Assembly (NCBI GenBank): GCA_041666045.1
Contig: JBAYHR010000003.1
Span: 2,208 to 66,207, forward strand
DNA length: 64,000 bases
Origin: Minisyncoccota bacterium
GTDB lineage: Bacteria > Patescibacteriota > Minisyncoccia > Phycocordibacterales > UBA9973
Direction of reading: 5' to 3'
Of this stretch, positions 30,784-40,525 are shown in pieces (within the stretch, counting starts at the first letter, position 1; the number at the start of each line of letters is the position of its first letter). Both the position numbers and the translations under genes were made by a program. The notes below the pieces were generated by a model. The model ran no database searches. It saw only the letters and a program-made list of their open reading frames with translations, and was not told where the DNA came from.

Positions 30784-31689
30784 ATGGCAAATAGGCACCT
30801 TTCCAGATCAATAGTGCTCCAGACGCTTTTTGAGTGGGATTTTAACGGCGCAAAAGAAACTAATATTAAAGAAATAGTAAATCGTGATCTAAACGAATTT
30901 GCTCCAGGATTAGAAGATGATGTATTCGTTTTTTCATTAGTTGAACAGATATTTAAAAAGAGAAAAGTTATTGATGAAATAATAGAAAAAGCTGCGCCAG
31001 ATTGGCCTATTGATAAAATTTCTGTCGTTGATAGAAATATTTTAAGAATCGGTTTAACTGAGCTTCTTTTTGGCGATAGAAACCAAGTTCCTCCCAAAGT
31101 TGCTATTAATGAAGCGATAGAATTGGCAAAAACTTTCGGTGGAGAAAATTCTAGTAAATTTGTGAATGGAGTGCTCGGCGCAGTTTACAAAGAAATAGGG
31201 GAACCAGGGAAAGATGAAATAAGTAAAAAGAAAAAGAAAGATGACGAGCCAGTAGATATTACGAAACTACCAGTAGAAAAATTAGGAGGGGCTTTGATTT
31301 ATGCAAAAAAAGATAACAATGTTTTGTTTGCATTAGTTCATGATGTTTTTGGTTATTGGACATTATCAAAAGGGCACATAGAAGAAGGTGAGAATGAAGA
31401 AGATGGTACAAAAAGAGAAATAAAAGAAGAGATCAATCTTGATATAGAAATAAAAGAAAAGCTCGGAGAGAATGAATATGTTGCTAGTCATCCAGAAAAA
31501 GGTAAGACTTTAAAGAAAGTAATATATTTCTTAGCAGAAAGTCCTTATCGAGAGCTTGTGCTTGAGAGTTCAGGTGGCCTTGATGGGGCAAGATGGTTCC
31601 AGCTTTCTGAAATTCCAGAGCTTCGTATTTATAACGACATTATTCCATTAATTGAAAAAGCAATTGATATTATTAGTAAAAAAAAGTAA
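30784..31689 (+). CDS. nusB: NusB fused to a C-terminal Nudix hydrolase
   Basis: RHLSR..LQTLF, VDRNILR, VAINEAIELAKTFG..S.KFVNGVL; Nudix box GHIEEGENEEDGTKREIKEE. Confidence 0.9.
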   Translation: MANRHLSRSIVLQTLFEWDFNGAKETNIKEIVNRDLNEFAPGLEDDVFVFSLVEQIFKKRKVIDEIIEKAAPDWPIDKISVVDRNILRIGLTELLFGDRNQVPPKVAINEAIELAKTFGGENSSKFVNGVLGAVYKEIGEPGKDEISKKKKKDDEPVDITKLPVEKLGGALIYAKKDNNVLFALVHDVFGYWTLSKGHIEEGENEEDGTKREIKEEINLDIEIKEKLGENEYVASHPEKGKTLKKVIYFLAESPYRELVLESSGGLDGARWFQLSEIPELRIYNDIIPLIEKAIDIISKKK

Positions 31690-31690
31690 C

Positions 31691-31746
31691 TAGGGCCCTA
31701 GGCTTTAGGCTTTAGCAAAAATGCTAGCGCCTAGTGCCTAATGCCT
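31691..31746. repeat. Degenerate heptamer inverted array (TAGGCTT)n / (GCCTAAT)n between nusB and rnc
   Basis: TAGGGCCCTAGGCTTTAGGCTTTAGC ... GCTAGCGCCTAGTGCCTAATGCCTA. Confidence 0.65.
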
Positions 31747-31755
31747 ATAATCAAA

Positions 31756-32451
31756 ATGATTAACTTTTCAGATTTTGAGAAAAAAACTAAGGTAGTTTTT
31801 AAAGATAAAGGTTTACTCAAACAAGCTTTTATACATCGTTCTTATATTAATGAAAATCCAAATGTTGGGCTTTCGCACAATGAACGATTGGAATTTTTAG
31901 GCGATGCAGTGCTTGAGCTTATCGTTACAGATTTTCTTTATAAAAAATATCCTTCTTATACAGAAGGAGAATTGACTGCTATTCGTTCAGCTCTTGTGAA
32001 TGCGATAATTATTTCTGAAATTGCTTTAAAAATAGGAATGAACGATTTCTTGCTTTTATCAAAAGGTGAGACAAAAGATGTTGGTAAAGCGCGTCAATAT
32101 ATATTGGCTAATACTTATGAAGCATATGTTGGTGCAGTTTATTTAGATCAAGGGTATGATGTCGCAAATAGATTTATTTCAGAATCTCTTTTGCATCATA
32201 CAGATGAAATAGTTTCAAAGAAACTTTGGCGTGATGCAAAAAGTTTGGTTCAAGAAAAAGCTCAAGAATTCGTAGGGGTGACTCCTTCTTATAAAGTTAT
32301 AAGTGAATCAGGTCCTGATCATGACAAGCATTTTACTGTAGGTATTTTGTTCGGAGGAGAATTAATAACAGAAGGAAAAGGGAAATCTAAACAAGAAGCT
32401 GAGCAAAAAGCCGCCGAATCTGCATTAAAAATCAAAAATTGGTTGGATTGA
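31756..32451 (+). CDS. rnc: Ribonuclease III
   Basis: HNERLEFLGDAVL signature; dsRBD (GPDHDK.F, GKSKQEAEQ.AA). Confidence 0.97.
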   Translation: MINFSDFEKKTKVVFKDKGLLKQAFIHRSYINENPNVGLSHNERLEFLGDAVLELIVTDFLYKKYPSYTEGELTAIRSALVNAIIISEIALKIGMNDFLLLSKGETKDVGKARQYILANTYEAYVGAVYLDQGYDVANRFISESLLHHTDEIVSKKLWRDAKSLVQEKAQEFVGVTPSYKVISESGPDHDKHFTVGILFGGELITEGKGKSKQEAEQKAAESALKIKNWLD

Positions 32452-32478
32452 ACCCGGAAGTAGATTTTGAGATAGATT

Positions 32479-34194
32479 ATGAAAAGTGAAACAAAAAAAT
32501 GTCAAAACTGTAAAAATGACTTCATAATAGAGCCTGAAGATTTTAATTTTTATGAAAAAATAAAAGTCCCTCCACCAACTTTTTGTCCACATTGTCGTTT
32601 TGTAAGAAGAATGGCTTATCGTAATGAAAGAACTTTATTTAAACGTTTTTGTGATTTATGTAAAAGAAATATTATATCAATATATCCCTCAAGTGTAGTT
32701 TTTCCAGTATATTGCAAAGAATGCTGGTATTTGGATAAGTGGGAAGCGACAGAATATGGTAGGGATTATGATTTTTCTAGGCCATTTTTTGAACAGTTAA
32801 AGGAATTATTTTTTTCTGTTCCTCATCTTGCAATTTGGCAGAGAAATGTAATAAATTCTGAATTTTCAAATATGATAGGTGAGTGCAAGAATGTTTATCT
32901 TTCTTCATCAGTTGTTCTTGGTAGTGAAAATGTTTTTTATTCAAAAATAGTTGATAAATCCAGTAATATTTTTGATAGTTATGGGATAAAAGATTCAGAT
33001 AAACTATATGAAAATCTTGAATGTGAAAAAAATTATAATTCACAACATTTAATTCTTTCTAATAATTGCTTAGATTCTTATTTTCTTATTGATTGTAGAA
33101 ATTGTAGTAATTGTATTTTATCCAATAATTTGCGTAATAAACAATATTTTATACGTAATAAAAAATATTCCAAGGAAGATTATTTTAAAGAGTTGGGAAA
33201 TTTAAATTTAGGAAGTAGAAAATCACGTGAAATTTTAATAAAAGAATTTGAAAAAATAAAAAAGAATGCTATCTATCGTTTTGCTAATATTAACAAATCA
33301 ATTAGTTCAACTGGAAACAATTTATTGAATGTTAAAAATTGTATAAATTGTTTTGATGTTTACAATACTGAAAATTCAAAAAATTGTTATCGTGTTATTT
33401 CCAATAAAGACAGTATGGATGTTGATTTTGGAGGAGTGGCAGAATTGCTTTATGAATATAGTACTGGTGCATTAAATGACTACAATGTTAGATTTTCATA
33501 TTCAGCTATGGAGTCAGTGCAAAATGCCGAATATACGGAATCTTGTATTTCTTCATCTAATATTTTTGGATGTAACAGTTTAAAGAAAAAGGAATATGTA
33601 ATTTTTAATAAAATTTATTCTAAAGAAGGATTTTACGAGCTTCGCGAGAAAATAATTGAGCATATGAATTCTATGCCATTTATTGGTAATAATGGCAGGG
33701 TATATAGATATGGAGAATTTTTTCCTGTAGAATTTTCTCATTTTTCATATAACGAAAGTTGTGCTCAAGATTTTTTTCCACTTACAAAAAATGAAATTCT
33801 AGAGAAGGGATATATTTGGCATGAGCCAGAAGAAAAAAATAATATCTACACTATTTCTGCTGAACTTATCCCGGACGATATAAAAGAAGTTGAAAATAAA
33901 ATTTTAAATGAGGCCTTACAATGTTTACATAACAGGGAATGCAATCATCAATGTACGAAAGCATTTCGTTTAACACAAGATGAGTTTTCTTTTTACAAAG
34001 AACACAATATTCCAATTCCAAATAAATGTTACAATTGTAGATATTATGGAAGATTTCAAAAGATTTTACCTCTCAAACTCTGGTATCGAAAGTGTATGAA
34101 AGAAGGATGTAATAATGAATTTGAAACAAGTTATGATCCAGAAAGACCTGAAATCGTGTATTGTGAGCGTTGTTATCAGCAAGAGGTATATTAG
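32479..34194 (+). CDS. CPR-type Cys-rich zinc-ribbon/beta-solenoid hypothetical protein
   Basis: CQNC..F.I..EDF.FY..IKVPPPTFCP.CR, many CxxC, YGEFFP, C-terminal VYCERCYQQEV. Confidence 0.75.
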   Translation: MKSETKKCQNCKNDFIIEPEDFNFYEKIKVPPPTFCPHCRFVRRMAYRNERTLFKRFCDLCKRNIISIYPSSVVFPVYCKECWYLDKWEATEYGRDYDFSRPFFEQLKELFFSVPHLAIWQRNVINSEFSNMIGECKNVYLSSSVVLGSENVFYSKIVDKSSNIFDSYGIKDSDKLYENLECEKNYNSQHLILSNNCLDSYFLIDCRNCSNCILSNNLRNKQYFIRNKKYSKEDYFKELGNLNLGSRKSREILIKEFEKIKKNAIYRFANINKSISSTGNNLLNVKNCINCFDVYNTENSKNCYRVISNKDSMDVDFGGVAELLYEYSTGALNDYNVRFSYSAMESVQNAEYTESCISSSNIFGCNSLKKKEYVIFNKIYSKEGFYELREKIIEHMNSMPFIGNNGRVYRYGEFFPVEFSHFSYNESCAQDFFPLTKNEILEKGYIWHEPEEKNNIYTISAELIPDDIKEVENKILNEALQCLHNRECNHQCTKAFRLTQDEFSFYKEHNIPIPNKCYNCRYYGRFQKILPLKLWYRKCMKEGCNNEFETSYDPERPEIVYCERCYQQEVY

Positions 34195-34210
34195 TGATAT
34201 AATCAAAGTT

Positions 34211-36310
34211 ATGCGACTTAAGAATCTAGAAATAAACGGTTTTAAATCTTTTTCTAAAAAAACAACTTTGGAGTTTTTGAGCCCGATAGTTTCAGTTGTT
34301 GGTCCAAATGGTTCTGGAAAATCAAATGTCGTAGAAGCTATTCGTTTTGTGCTTGGAGAACAATCAATGAAATCAATGCGTGGAAAGCTAGGGCTAGATT
34401 TGATATTCAAGGGATCTAAATTTTTACCAAAAGGCTCAAGAGCATCAGTTACAATTTATTTTAATAATTCTGATAAAGTTTTTAAACTTTCAAATGAAGT
34501 TGGTGAGAATGTTGATTTGAATTACGATACTGTTTCTATCTCCAGAGAAGTATATTCTGATGGTGTTAATAAATATATTTTAAACGGTAGTGAAGTAAGA
34601 TTGAAAGATATAAACAATCTTTTAGCTTCTGTTAATATTGGTTCTTCTGGTCACCATATCATTTCTCAGGGTGAAGCAGATAGAATTTTGAATGCGTCAG
34701 GAAAAGACAGAAGAGAAATGATAGAAGATGCCTTAGGTTTAAAAATTTATCAATATAAAATAAAAGAATCTGAAAGAAAACTTGAACGTACCAGTAATAA
34801 TATGAAAGAAGTTTCTTTGCTTCGCAGAGAAAACGCTCCACACCTTAATTTTTTAAGAAAACAAGTTGAAAAATTCGAAAAAGCAAAAGAGATGAAGATA
34901 GATCTTCTTTCTTTGTATAGAGAATATTTAAAGAGAGAAGAAATTTATCTTGATAGTGAAAAAAATGTAATAAATTCTGATAAAAAAGATTTAGAAGAAA
35001 AACTTTCAGTTATAGAGCATAGTTTTTTGGAATTAGGGAGTAAGCCAGAAGAAAAGGAAAACAATGCTTATGGAGAAATGCGAGAGGAAGAAAGAAAAAT
35101 ATCAGAGCTAAGAACTCTTAAAGATGAATTTTCTAGAAAATTAGGACGTACACAAGCAATGCTTGAATTAAAAGAAAATAGAGTAAAAATGGCAGGTAAA
35201 TGTCCAGTTTGCGGTAGTATTGTTGCGAAAAAAGAAGAAGATGAAAAAGAATTTGCTGAATTAAAAGATACAGAAAATAAAATCAAATCTGACATAGCTG
35301 ATCTTATAGAAAAAGAGAAAGAATCACAGGCAAAAATAGAGTCATTCAAGATTGTTATAGACGTGGATAAAGATAAAAAAAGATCAGGAGATGTAAAAAG
35401 GCTTGAGTTAACAATGGATAAAAATAAAATTTTATCAGAACTTAATTTGGTAAAGATTAAAGAAGATCAACTTTCTCATATAGAAAATGATTTTTTGAAT
35501 GAAATAAAAGAAGGTGGGGCATTAATAGGACAAGATATATTATCCTATAAAAATTTTCAAACTGAGATGGTTGATAGAAGCCTTCAAGAAGAAGTAAGAA
35601 GAAAAATTGAAAGAATAAAAATAAAATTAGAAGATGCTGGAATGGGTGGAGGAGTTGAAGTGATAAAAGAATTTGAAGAAGTAACAGAACGTGATAAGTT
35701 TTTGGAAAAAGAAATGGAAGATCTCTCAAAGAGCATAGAGTCATTACAGAAATTAATGGCAGATTTAAAAGAAAAGATAGATATAGAATTTAAAGAAGGT
35801 ATTAAAAAAATAAATGTTGAATTTCAAGAACTATTTTCTCTTATGTTCGGCGGGGGAACAGCAAATCTTTTAATTACAACTGAAGATAAAAGAAAGAAAG
35901 ATAAAGACGATGATTTTGCTGGAGACGTTGAGGAAAATGAAGAAGAAAAAATTGAACAGGGAATAGAAATAAATGTATCTTTACCTCATAAAAAAGTTAA
36001 AGAACTTCATGCTTTGTCAGGAGGGGAAAGATCTCTTACTTCTATCGCATTATTGTTTGCAATGTCACAGGTGAATCCTCCACCATTTTTAGTGCTTGAT
36101 GAAACTGATGCCGCTCTTGATGAAGCAAATTCTCGTAAATATGGAGATATGTTAGAGAAGCTTTCAAAGCATTCACAGCTTATAGTTGTGACTCATAATC
36201 GTGAGACAATGAGTCGCGCTGGGGTACTTTATGGAGTGACAATAGGCGCTGATGGGGCATCTAAGTTATTATCTGTCAAGTTTGAAGAGGCTACAGCTAT
36301 TGCAAAATAA
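34211..36310 (+). CDS. smc: Short Smc protein (699 aa) without hinge domain, central CPVCG
   Basis: GFKSF, GPNGSGKSN, VLGEQS.KSMRG, ISQG, LSGGE, LDETDAALD, VTHN. Confidence 0.9.
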   Translation: MRLKNLEINGFKSFSKKTTLEFLSPIVSVVGPNGSGKSNVVEAIRFVLGEQSMKSMRGKLGLDLIFKGSKFLPKGSRASVTIYFNNSDKVFKLSNEVGENVDLNYDTVSISREVYSDGVNKYILNGSEVRLKDINNLLASVNIGSSGHHIISQGEADRILNASGKDRREMIEDALGLKIYQYKIKESERKLERTSNNMKEVSLLRRENAPHLNFLRKQVEKFEKAKEMKIDLLSLYREYLKREEIYLDSEKNVINSDKKDLEEKLSVIEHSFLELGSKPEEKENNAYGEMREEERKISELRTLKDEFSRKLGRTQAMLELKENRVKMAGKCPVCGSIVAKKEEDEKEFAELKDTENKIKSDIADLIEKEKESQAKIESFKIVIDVDKDKKRSGDVKRLELTMDKNKILSELNLVKIKEDQLSHIENDFLNEIKEGGALIGQDILSYKNFQTEMVDRSLQEEVRRKIERIKIKLEDAGMGGGVEVIKEFEEVTERDKFLEKEMEDLSKSIESLQKLMADLKEKIDIEFKEGIKKINVEFQELFSLMFGGGTANLLITTEDKRKKDKDDDFAGDVEENEEEKIEQGIEINVSLPHKKVKELHALSGGERSLTSIALLFAMSQVNPPPFLVLDETDAALDEANSRKYGDMLEKLSKHSQLIVVTHNRETMSRAGVLYGVTIGADGASKLLSVKFEEATAIAK

Positions 36311-36324
36311 GGGTTTTATAACTA

Positions 36325-36353
36325 TTGACTTTATACTATATATGGTATATAAT
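36325..36353 (+). promoter_or_regulatory. Sigma70 promoter TTGACT-N17-TATAAT
   Basis: Near-consensus hexamers with 17-nt spacer. Confidence 0.7.
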
Positions 36354-36401
36354 ACATAAGGAGTATAGTTTTAGTTAAAAATTTAATAAAAACCAATAAT
36401 T

Positions 36402-36578
36402 ATGGAAAATTCAAATTTCAATTTACCTGTTTCTATTCAAAATGGACAAGAAGAAGTAAAAACAATTTCTTTTGGTGGAAGAATTATTTTTGGGATGTCA
36501 ATGTTCTTTTGCTTGTTATTAGGAACACTTGCCTATCTTGACAGATGGGTACCATTCTTAAATCATTTATTGAAATAA
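36402..36578 (+). CDS. Small (58 aa) membrane protein missing from the ORF track
   Basis: MENSNFNLP...IIFGMSMFFCLLLGTLAYL...LLK*, between a consensus promoter and a terminator. Confidence 0.65.
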   Translation: MENSNFNLPVSIQNGQEEVKTISFGGRIIFGMSMFFCLLLGTLAYLDRWVPFLNHLLK

Positions 36579-36590
36579 AAAATTTTAATT

Positions 36591-36623
36591 AAAAAAACGT
36601 TGAGTATTTACTTGGCGTTTTTT
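36591..36623. terminator. Bidirectional terminator
   Basis: AAAAAAACGTTGAGT...ACTTGGCGTTTTTT. Confidence 0.65.
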
Positions 36624-36629
36624 TATTTT

Positions 36630-38501
36630 TTAAAAATCTATTTTTTCTTCTTTGGCTTTTGTTACTGTTTCTGGCTTAAAAACTTTATTTAGATTTACTA
36701 TATTTTTCTTTATACTCATTGTTCCATTTTTATTTAATTTAATTTCAAGTAACATTCCTTCCATTGTATTTTCACTAAAATATTGATCAAAAATAAAATT
36801 ACCCAGAGAATAAGCTATAAAGCCATCTTTGTAAATTTCAGTATCTTGCATTACATGCGGGTGAGTGCCTATTATTATTTTTGCTCCATTGTCTATTGCT
36901 TTGTGCGCCAAGTATTCTTGTCTGTCATTGTGTTTTGTTTGATACTCTTCACCGAAGTGAAATGTCACTATTAAATGATCAACTTGTTTGGAAGCATTTT
37001 TTATAATTTCTTCAAAACGTGGATTGTTCGTCAAAAGAAGTCCTGATTTATTTTCACTTGCTTGCATGTTTGGTCCAACATCAGAGAATCCCAAGTATCC
37101 TATTTTTATTTCATACTTTTCTATGATTACTGGCTGTTCTGCTTCTAATGTATTTATTCCGCCTCCAGTATAAAGAATTTCATTTTCTTTTAATCTCAGT
37201 AATGTGTCTGTGTATGCATCACGACCCCAATCTCCGACATGATTGTTCGCTACTGAAACAATACTTAACCCTGCGCCTTTCAATGCAGGTATTACAGAAG
37301 GATCCATTCTGAATGAATATAAATTTTTTCTGTCACTGCCTTTGTTTGAGGCTGGTCCTTCTAAGTTTGCAAAAGTAACATCAGCATCTTTTAATATATC
37401 TAAGTTTTCAAATAAAGAAGAGTAGTCCCCATTAAAATTTTTGTTTACTGAATTTTTAACTCCACGGTCTAGCATTATATCTCCGCCAAAGACTAGGTTT
37501 ATAAAATTGGGATCTATGTCCTCTAATATTCCTCCTTTTTGTTTAACCCAAGCTAAGCTTGCGTCACTTTCCAATCCATAATATACATTTTTTGTTAAAT
37601 AATTATAAATACTATTTGTGTCTTTATATCTGTCAGCGCTTCTTAAGATCACTATACCTATATTTCTATTGTTTTTGTTTTCAAGAGGAATAGAAAATAT
37701 AGATAATGATGTTTGTTTTGATTCATCTATATATCCTCTTTTTCCGCCCATATAACCTTCAAATCTTAAGAACTGGCTATTGTTAAACCAAACATGTTTT
37801 TTATTATCAAAACTTCTTTTTGTTGTGATTGATAAAAGATCAGGTTTGTTTAATTTTAAGTATTTAGAAAATTTAAAAAGATCAGATACTGTTGATTGAT
37901 TATGTTCTGAGAGTCCGCTTGGATCTTTAAAAGAAGTTGAAAAAAGTCCTAAGTCTTTTGCTTTTTCATTCATTTTTTCTATAAAAATATCTCTTCCAGA
38001 ATATTCAGCTATTGCTTCAGCCGCGTCATTGCTTGATTCAAGTAAAAGAGGATATATCAAATCTCCAACTTTTATTTTTTCATTTACACGAAAGTTTCCA
38101 TTCTCTCCGTATGTAGAGAGAGATCTATTTGATATTTTAGTTATTTCTTCTTGATTTTGATTTTCTTCTGAAACTGTGGCTGTCATAAGTTTTGAGACTG
38201 AAGCAATAGGAAATCTTTTATTTGAATTTTTTTGTAAAATAATTTCTCCAGTATCTAAGTCGCCGATGAAATAAGCTTCGGCATTTACTTTTAATTGTTT
38301 TTTTGGATCTTTTATAAAATAAAATTCTTTTGGTGTATTGTCTTCCAGTATTTCATTTTTATTTTGAATTATGTTTATATTTTGGGATATTTTTTTATAA
38401 TTAATATTATTGGTAATTGTAAAAATAAAAAAAATACCAATTGAAATTGAAAAAATTGTCCAAAAAATATATTTTAATTTTGTTTTTAAATCTGGATTCA
38501 T
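36630..38501 (-). CDS. Peptidase S11 (D,D-carboxypeptidase-like) fused to CapA/PGA_cap metallophosphoesterase
   Basis: IASVSKLMTA, SSND, F.DPSGL; GDIMLDR, NLEG, ANNH, HFGEEY, GTHPHV, YSLGNF. Confidence 0.88.
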   Translation of the reverse strand: MNPDLKTKLKYIFWTIFSISIGIFFIFTITNNINYKKISQNINIIQNKNEILEDNTPKEFYFIKDPKKQLKVNAEAYFIGDLDTGEIILQKNSNKRFPIASVSKLMTATVSEENQNQEEITKISNRSLSTYGENGNFRVNEKIKVGDLIYPLLLESSNDAAEAIAEYSGRDIFIEKMNEKAKDLGLFSTSFKDPSGLSEHNQSTVSDLFKFSKYLKLNKPDLLSITTKRSFDNKKHVWFNNSQFLRFEGYMGGKRGYIDESKQTSLSIFSIPLENKNNRNIGIVILRSADRYKDTNSIYNYLTKNVYYGLESDASLAWVKQKGGILEDIDPNFINLVFGGDIMLDRGVKNSVNKNFNGDYSSLFENLDILKDADVTFANLEGPASNKGSDRKNLYSFRMDPSVIPALKGAGLSIVSVANNHVGDWGRDAYTDTLLRLKENEILYTGGGINTLEAEQPVIIEKYEIKIGYLGFSDVGPNMQASENKSGLLLTNNPRFEEIIKNASKQVDHLIVTFHFGEEYQTKHNDRQEYLAHKAIDNGAKIIIGTHPHVMQDTEIYKDGFIAYSLGNFIFDQYFSENTMEGMLLEIKLNKNGTMSIKKNIVNLNKVFKPETVTKAKEEKIDF

Positions 38502-40426
38502 ACCAATGCGTAATCTATTGTTTTTCTTTCTAGGTCAACACTTTTTACTTTTATTTTTATACGTCCGCCTAGACGATATTTTTTGTGTTTCTTTTTACCA
38601 ACGAGTTCTATTTTCTTTTCATTAAAAATATAAAAATCATCTTTCAAATCTCGGACTTTTATCAAGCCTTCACATTTTGTTTCTATTTCTTCAACATAGA
38701 TACCCCATTCTGTGATACCACTGATTACTCCTTCAAAACTTTTACCAATACGAGAAGACATATATTCTACTTGTTTGTATTTTATAGAAGACCGTTCTGC
38801 GTCAGACGCGCGTTTTTCTTGTTCGGAAGATTTTCTAGAAATTTGTTCATACATACTCCATTTTTCATTTGTAATTTTTTTGCCAGAGAGAAAATCTGTT
38901 AAAAGTCTATGAACTATTATATCTGGGTATCTTCTGATTGGGGAAGTGAAATGAGTGTAATATTCAAAAGCTAATCCATAGTGACCAATATTTTTTGTAG
39001 AATAAATTGCTTTTGCCATAGAGCGGATAACTGCGCGATGAATTGTATCTTTTGCATTATCTTTGGTGTCTTCTAAGTCTTTTAATATTTTGTTTATTTC
39101 GCTTGAAGGTATAACTTTATTTTTTAAGGATACTTTGTGGCCCAAACTTCGTAAAAAGAATGCTAAATCTGCCATTTTTTCTTCACTTGGGATATCATGT
39201 ACACGATATACAAATACACCTTCTTTTTTAATGCCCTTGGATATTTTCTCTGCGACTTTTTTGTTTGCTAAAAGCATAAATTCTTCAATCAATCTATTTG
39301 AATCTCCACGTTCTTTTTTAATTACTTTTATCGGAACTCCTTTTTCATTTAAAACAAATTTTACTTCCACTTGATCAAGCGATATAGCGCCATTTTCAAA
39401 TCTTTCTTTTGTTAGTTTTTTTGCTAAATTATTCAAAATAAAAAGTTCTTTATGAAATTTTGAATTTGTGTTTTTTATTGTTTCACCAGCTTCTTCGTAA
39501 GTGAATCTTTTGTGTGAGTGGATAACAGTGCGACCAAACCATTCACTTTTTATTTTTGCATTTTTATCAATAGTAAAAACTGCACTCATTGTGAGTCTGT
39601 CTTTATTTGGAACTAGGGAACATAAATCATTTGAAAGAATTTCTGGAAGCATTGGTATTGTGCGGTCAACTAAATATACAGATGTTCCACGTTCTTTTGC
39701 TTCATTATCAAGATCACTTCCACTTTTTACATAATATGAAACGTCAGCAATATGTATTCCTATTTCGTATTCATCTTTCGATAATTCTTTAAATGATATA
39801 GCATCATCGAAATCTTTTGCATCAGAAGGGTCTATCGTGAAGGTGAGTGTCTTTTTAAAATCTCGTCTTCCAGCATAATCTTTTTCTTTAATACCTTCTT
39901 GTTTTATTTTTTGCGCTTCATTAATAGTTTTTTGATTTAAGTTTGAATCAAAACCTTTTTCCATAGCAATTGCATGCATTTCTGTATCATTGTCGCCGGG
40001 TTTACCTAAAATTTTTTCAACTTTTCCTTCAGGTGCTTTTTTGGAATCTTCCCAAGAAAATATTTTAACAAAAATCTTATCTCCAACTTTTGCCCCATTT
40101 AACATATTTTCAGGTATTAAAATATCCGTATACATTCTTGTATCATCTGGTTTGAGAAAAAATATTCCATTTTCTTCTTCTAAAACTCCAGCAAAACCAT
40201 TTTTTGCGCGCGAGATTATTTTTGATATTTCTCCAGTAATACGATCGTGCATTTTAGGATGAATTAATACTGCAACAGTATCTCCGTGTAATGCTGTATT
40301 TAAATGTTTAGAATCAATTTCTATGTCTTCGTCTTTTCCTTCTATTTTTACATAGCCAGTTCCTTTTGAAGAGATAGAAATGACACCTTCTAATTTATTA
40401 GTTATTTTGTGTGTTTTTTTGCTCAT
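38498..40426 (-). CDS. rnr: Ribonuclease R
   Basis: TIDP.DAKDFDDA, HIADVS, IEEFMLLAN, YTHFTSPIRRYPD, S1 domain. Confidence 0.95.
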   Translation of the reverse strand: MSKKTHKITNKLEGVISISSKGTGYVKIEGKDEDIEIDSKHLNTALHGDTVAVLIHPKMHDRITGEISKIISRAKNGFAGVLEEENGIFFLKPDDTRMYTDILIPENMLNGAKVGDKIFVKIFSWEDSKKAPEGKVEKILGKPGDNDTEMHAIAMEKGFDSNLNQKTINEAQKIKQEGIKEKDYAGRRDFKKTLTFTIDPSDAKDFDDAISFKELSKDEYEIGIHIADVSYYVKSGSDLDNEAKERGTSVYLVDRTIPMLPEILSNDLCSLVPNKDRLTMSAVFTIDKNAKIKSEWFGRTVIHSHKRFTYEEAGETIKNTNSKFHKELFILNNLAKKLTKERFENGAISLDQVEVKFVLNEKGVPIKVIKKERGDSNRLIEEFMLLANKKVAEKISKGIKKEGVFVYRVHDIPSEEKMADLAFFLRSLGHKVSLKNKVIPSSEINKILKDLEDTKDNAKDTIHRAVIRSMAKAIYSTKNIGHYGLAFEYYTHFTSPIRRYPDIIVHRLLTDFLSGKKITNEKWSMYEQISRKSSEQEKRASDAERSSIKYKQVEYMSSRIGKSFEGVISGITEWGIYVEEIETKCEGLIKVRDLKDDFYIFNEKKIELVGKKKHKKYRLGGRIKIKVKSVDLERKTIDYALV

Positions 40427-40448
40427 TAGTTTTAAATATAACATATAA

Positions 40449-40491
40449 CTTGCCCCGTAGTGAATCGCTAGAGGCAGTTCTACTATGGGGT
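40449..40491 (-). mobile_element. CTACGGGGCAAG-family hairpin in the divergent rnr/rpsP promoter region
   Basis: CTTGCCCCGTAGTGAA...TTCTACTATGGGGT. Confidence 0.7.
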
Positions 40492-40525
40492 TTGCCTTTT
40501 TTATAAATTATGATAGACTGTTTTC

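Noticed and set aside
34115-34210. ORF-track N-terminal extension of smc
   Set aside because: It overlaps the upstream gene; the Smc head begins at MRLKNLEING (34211).
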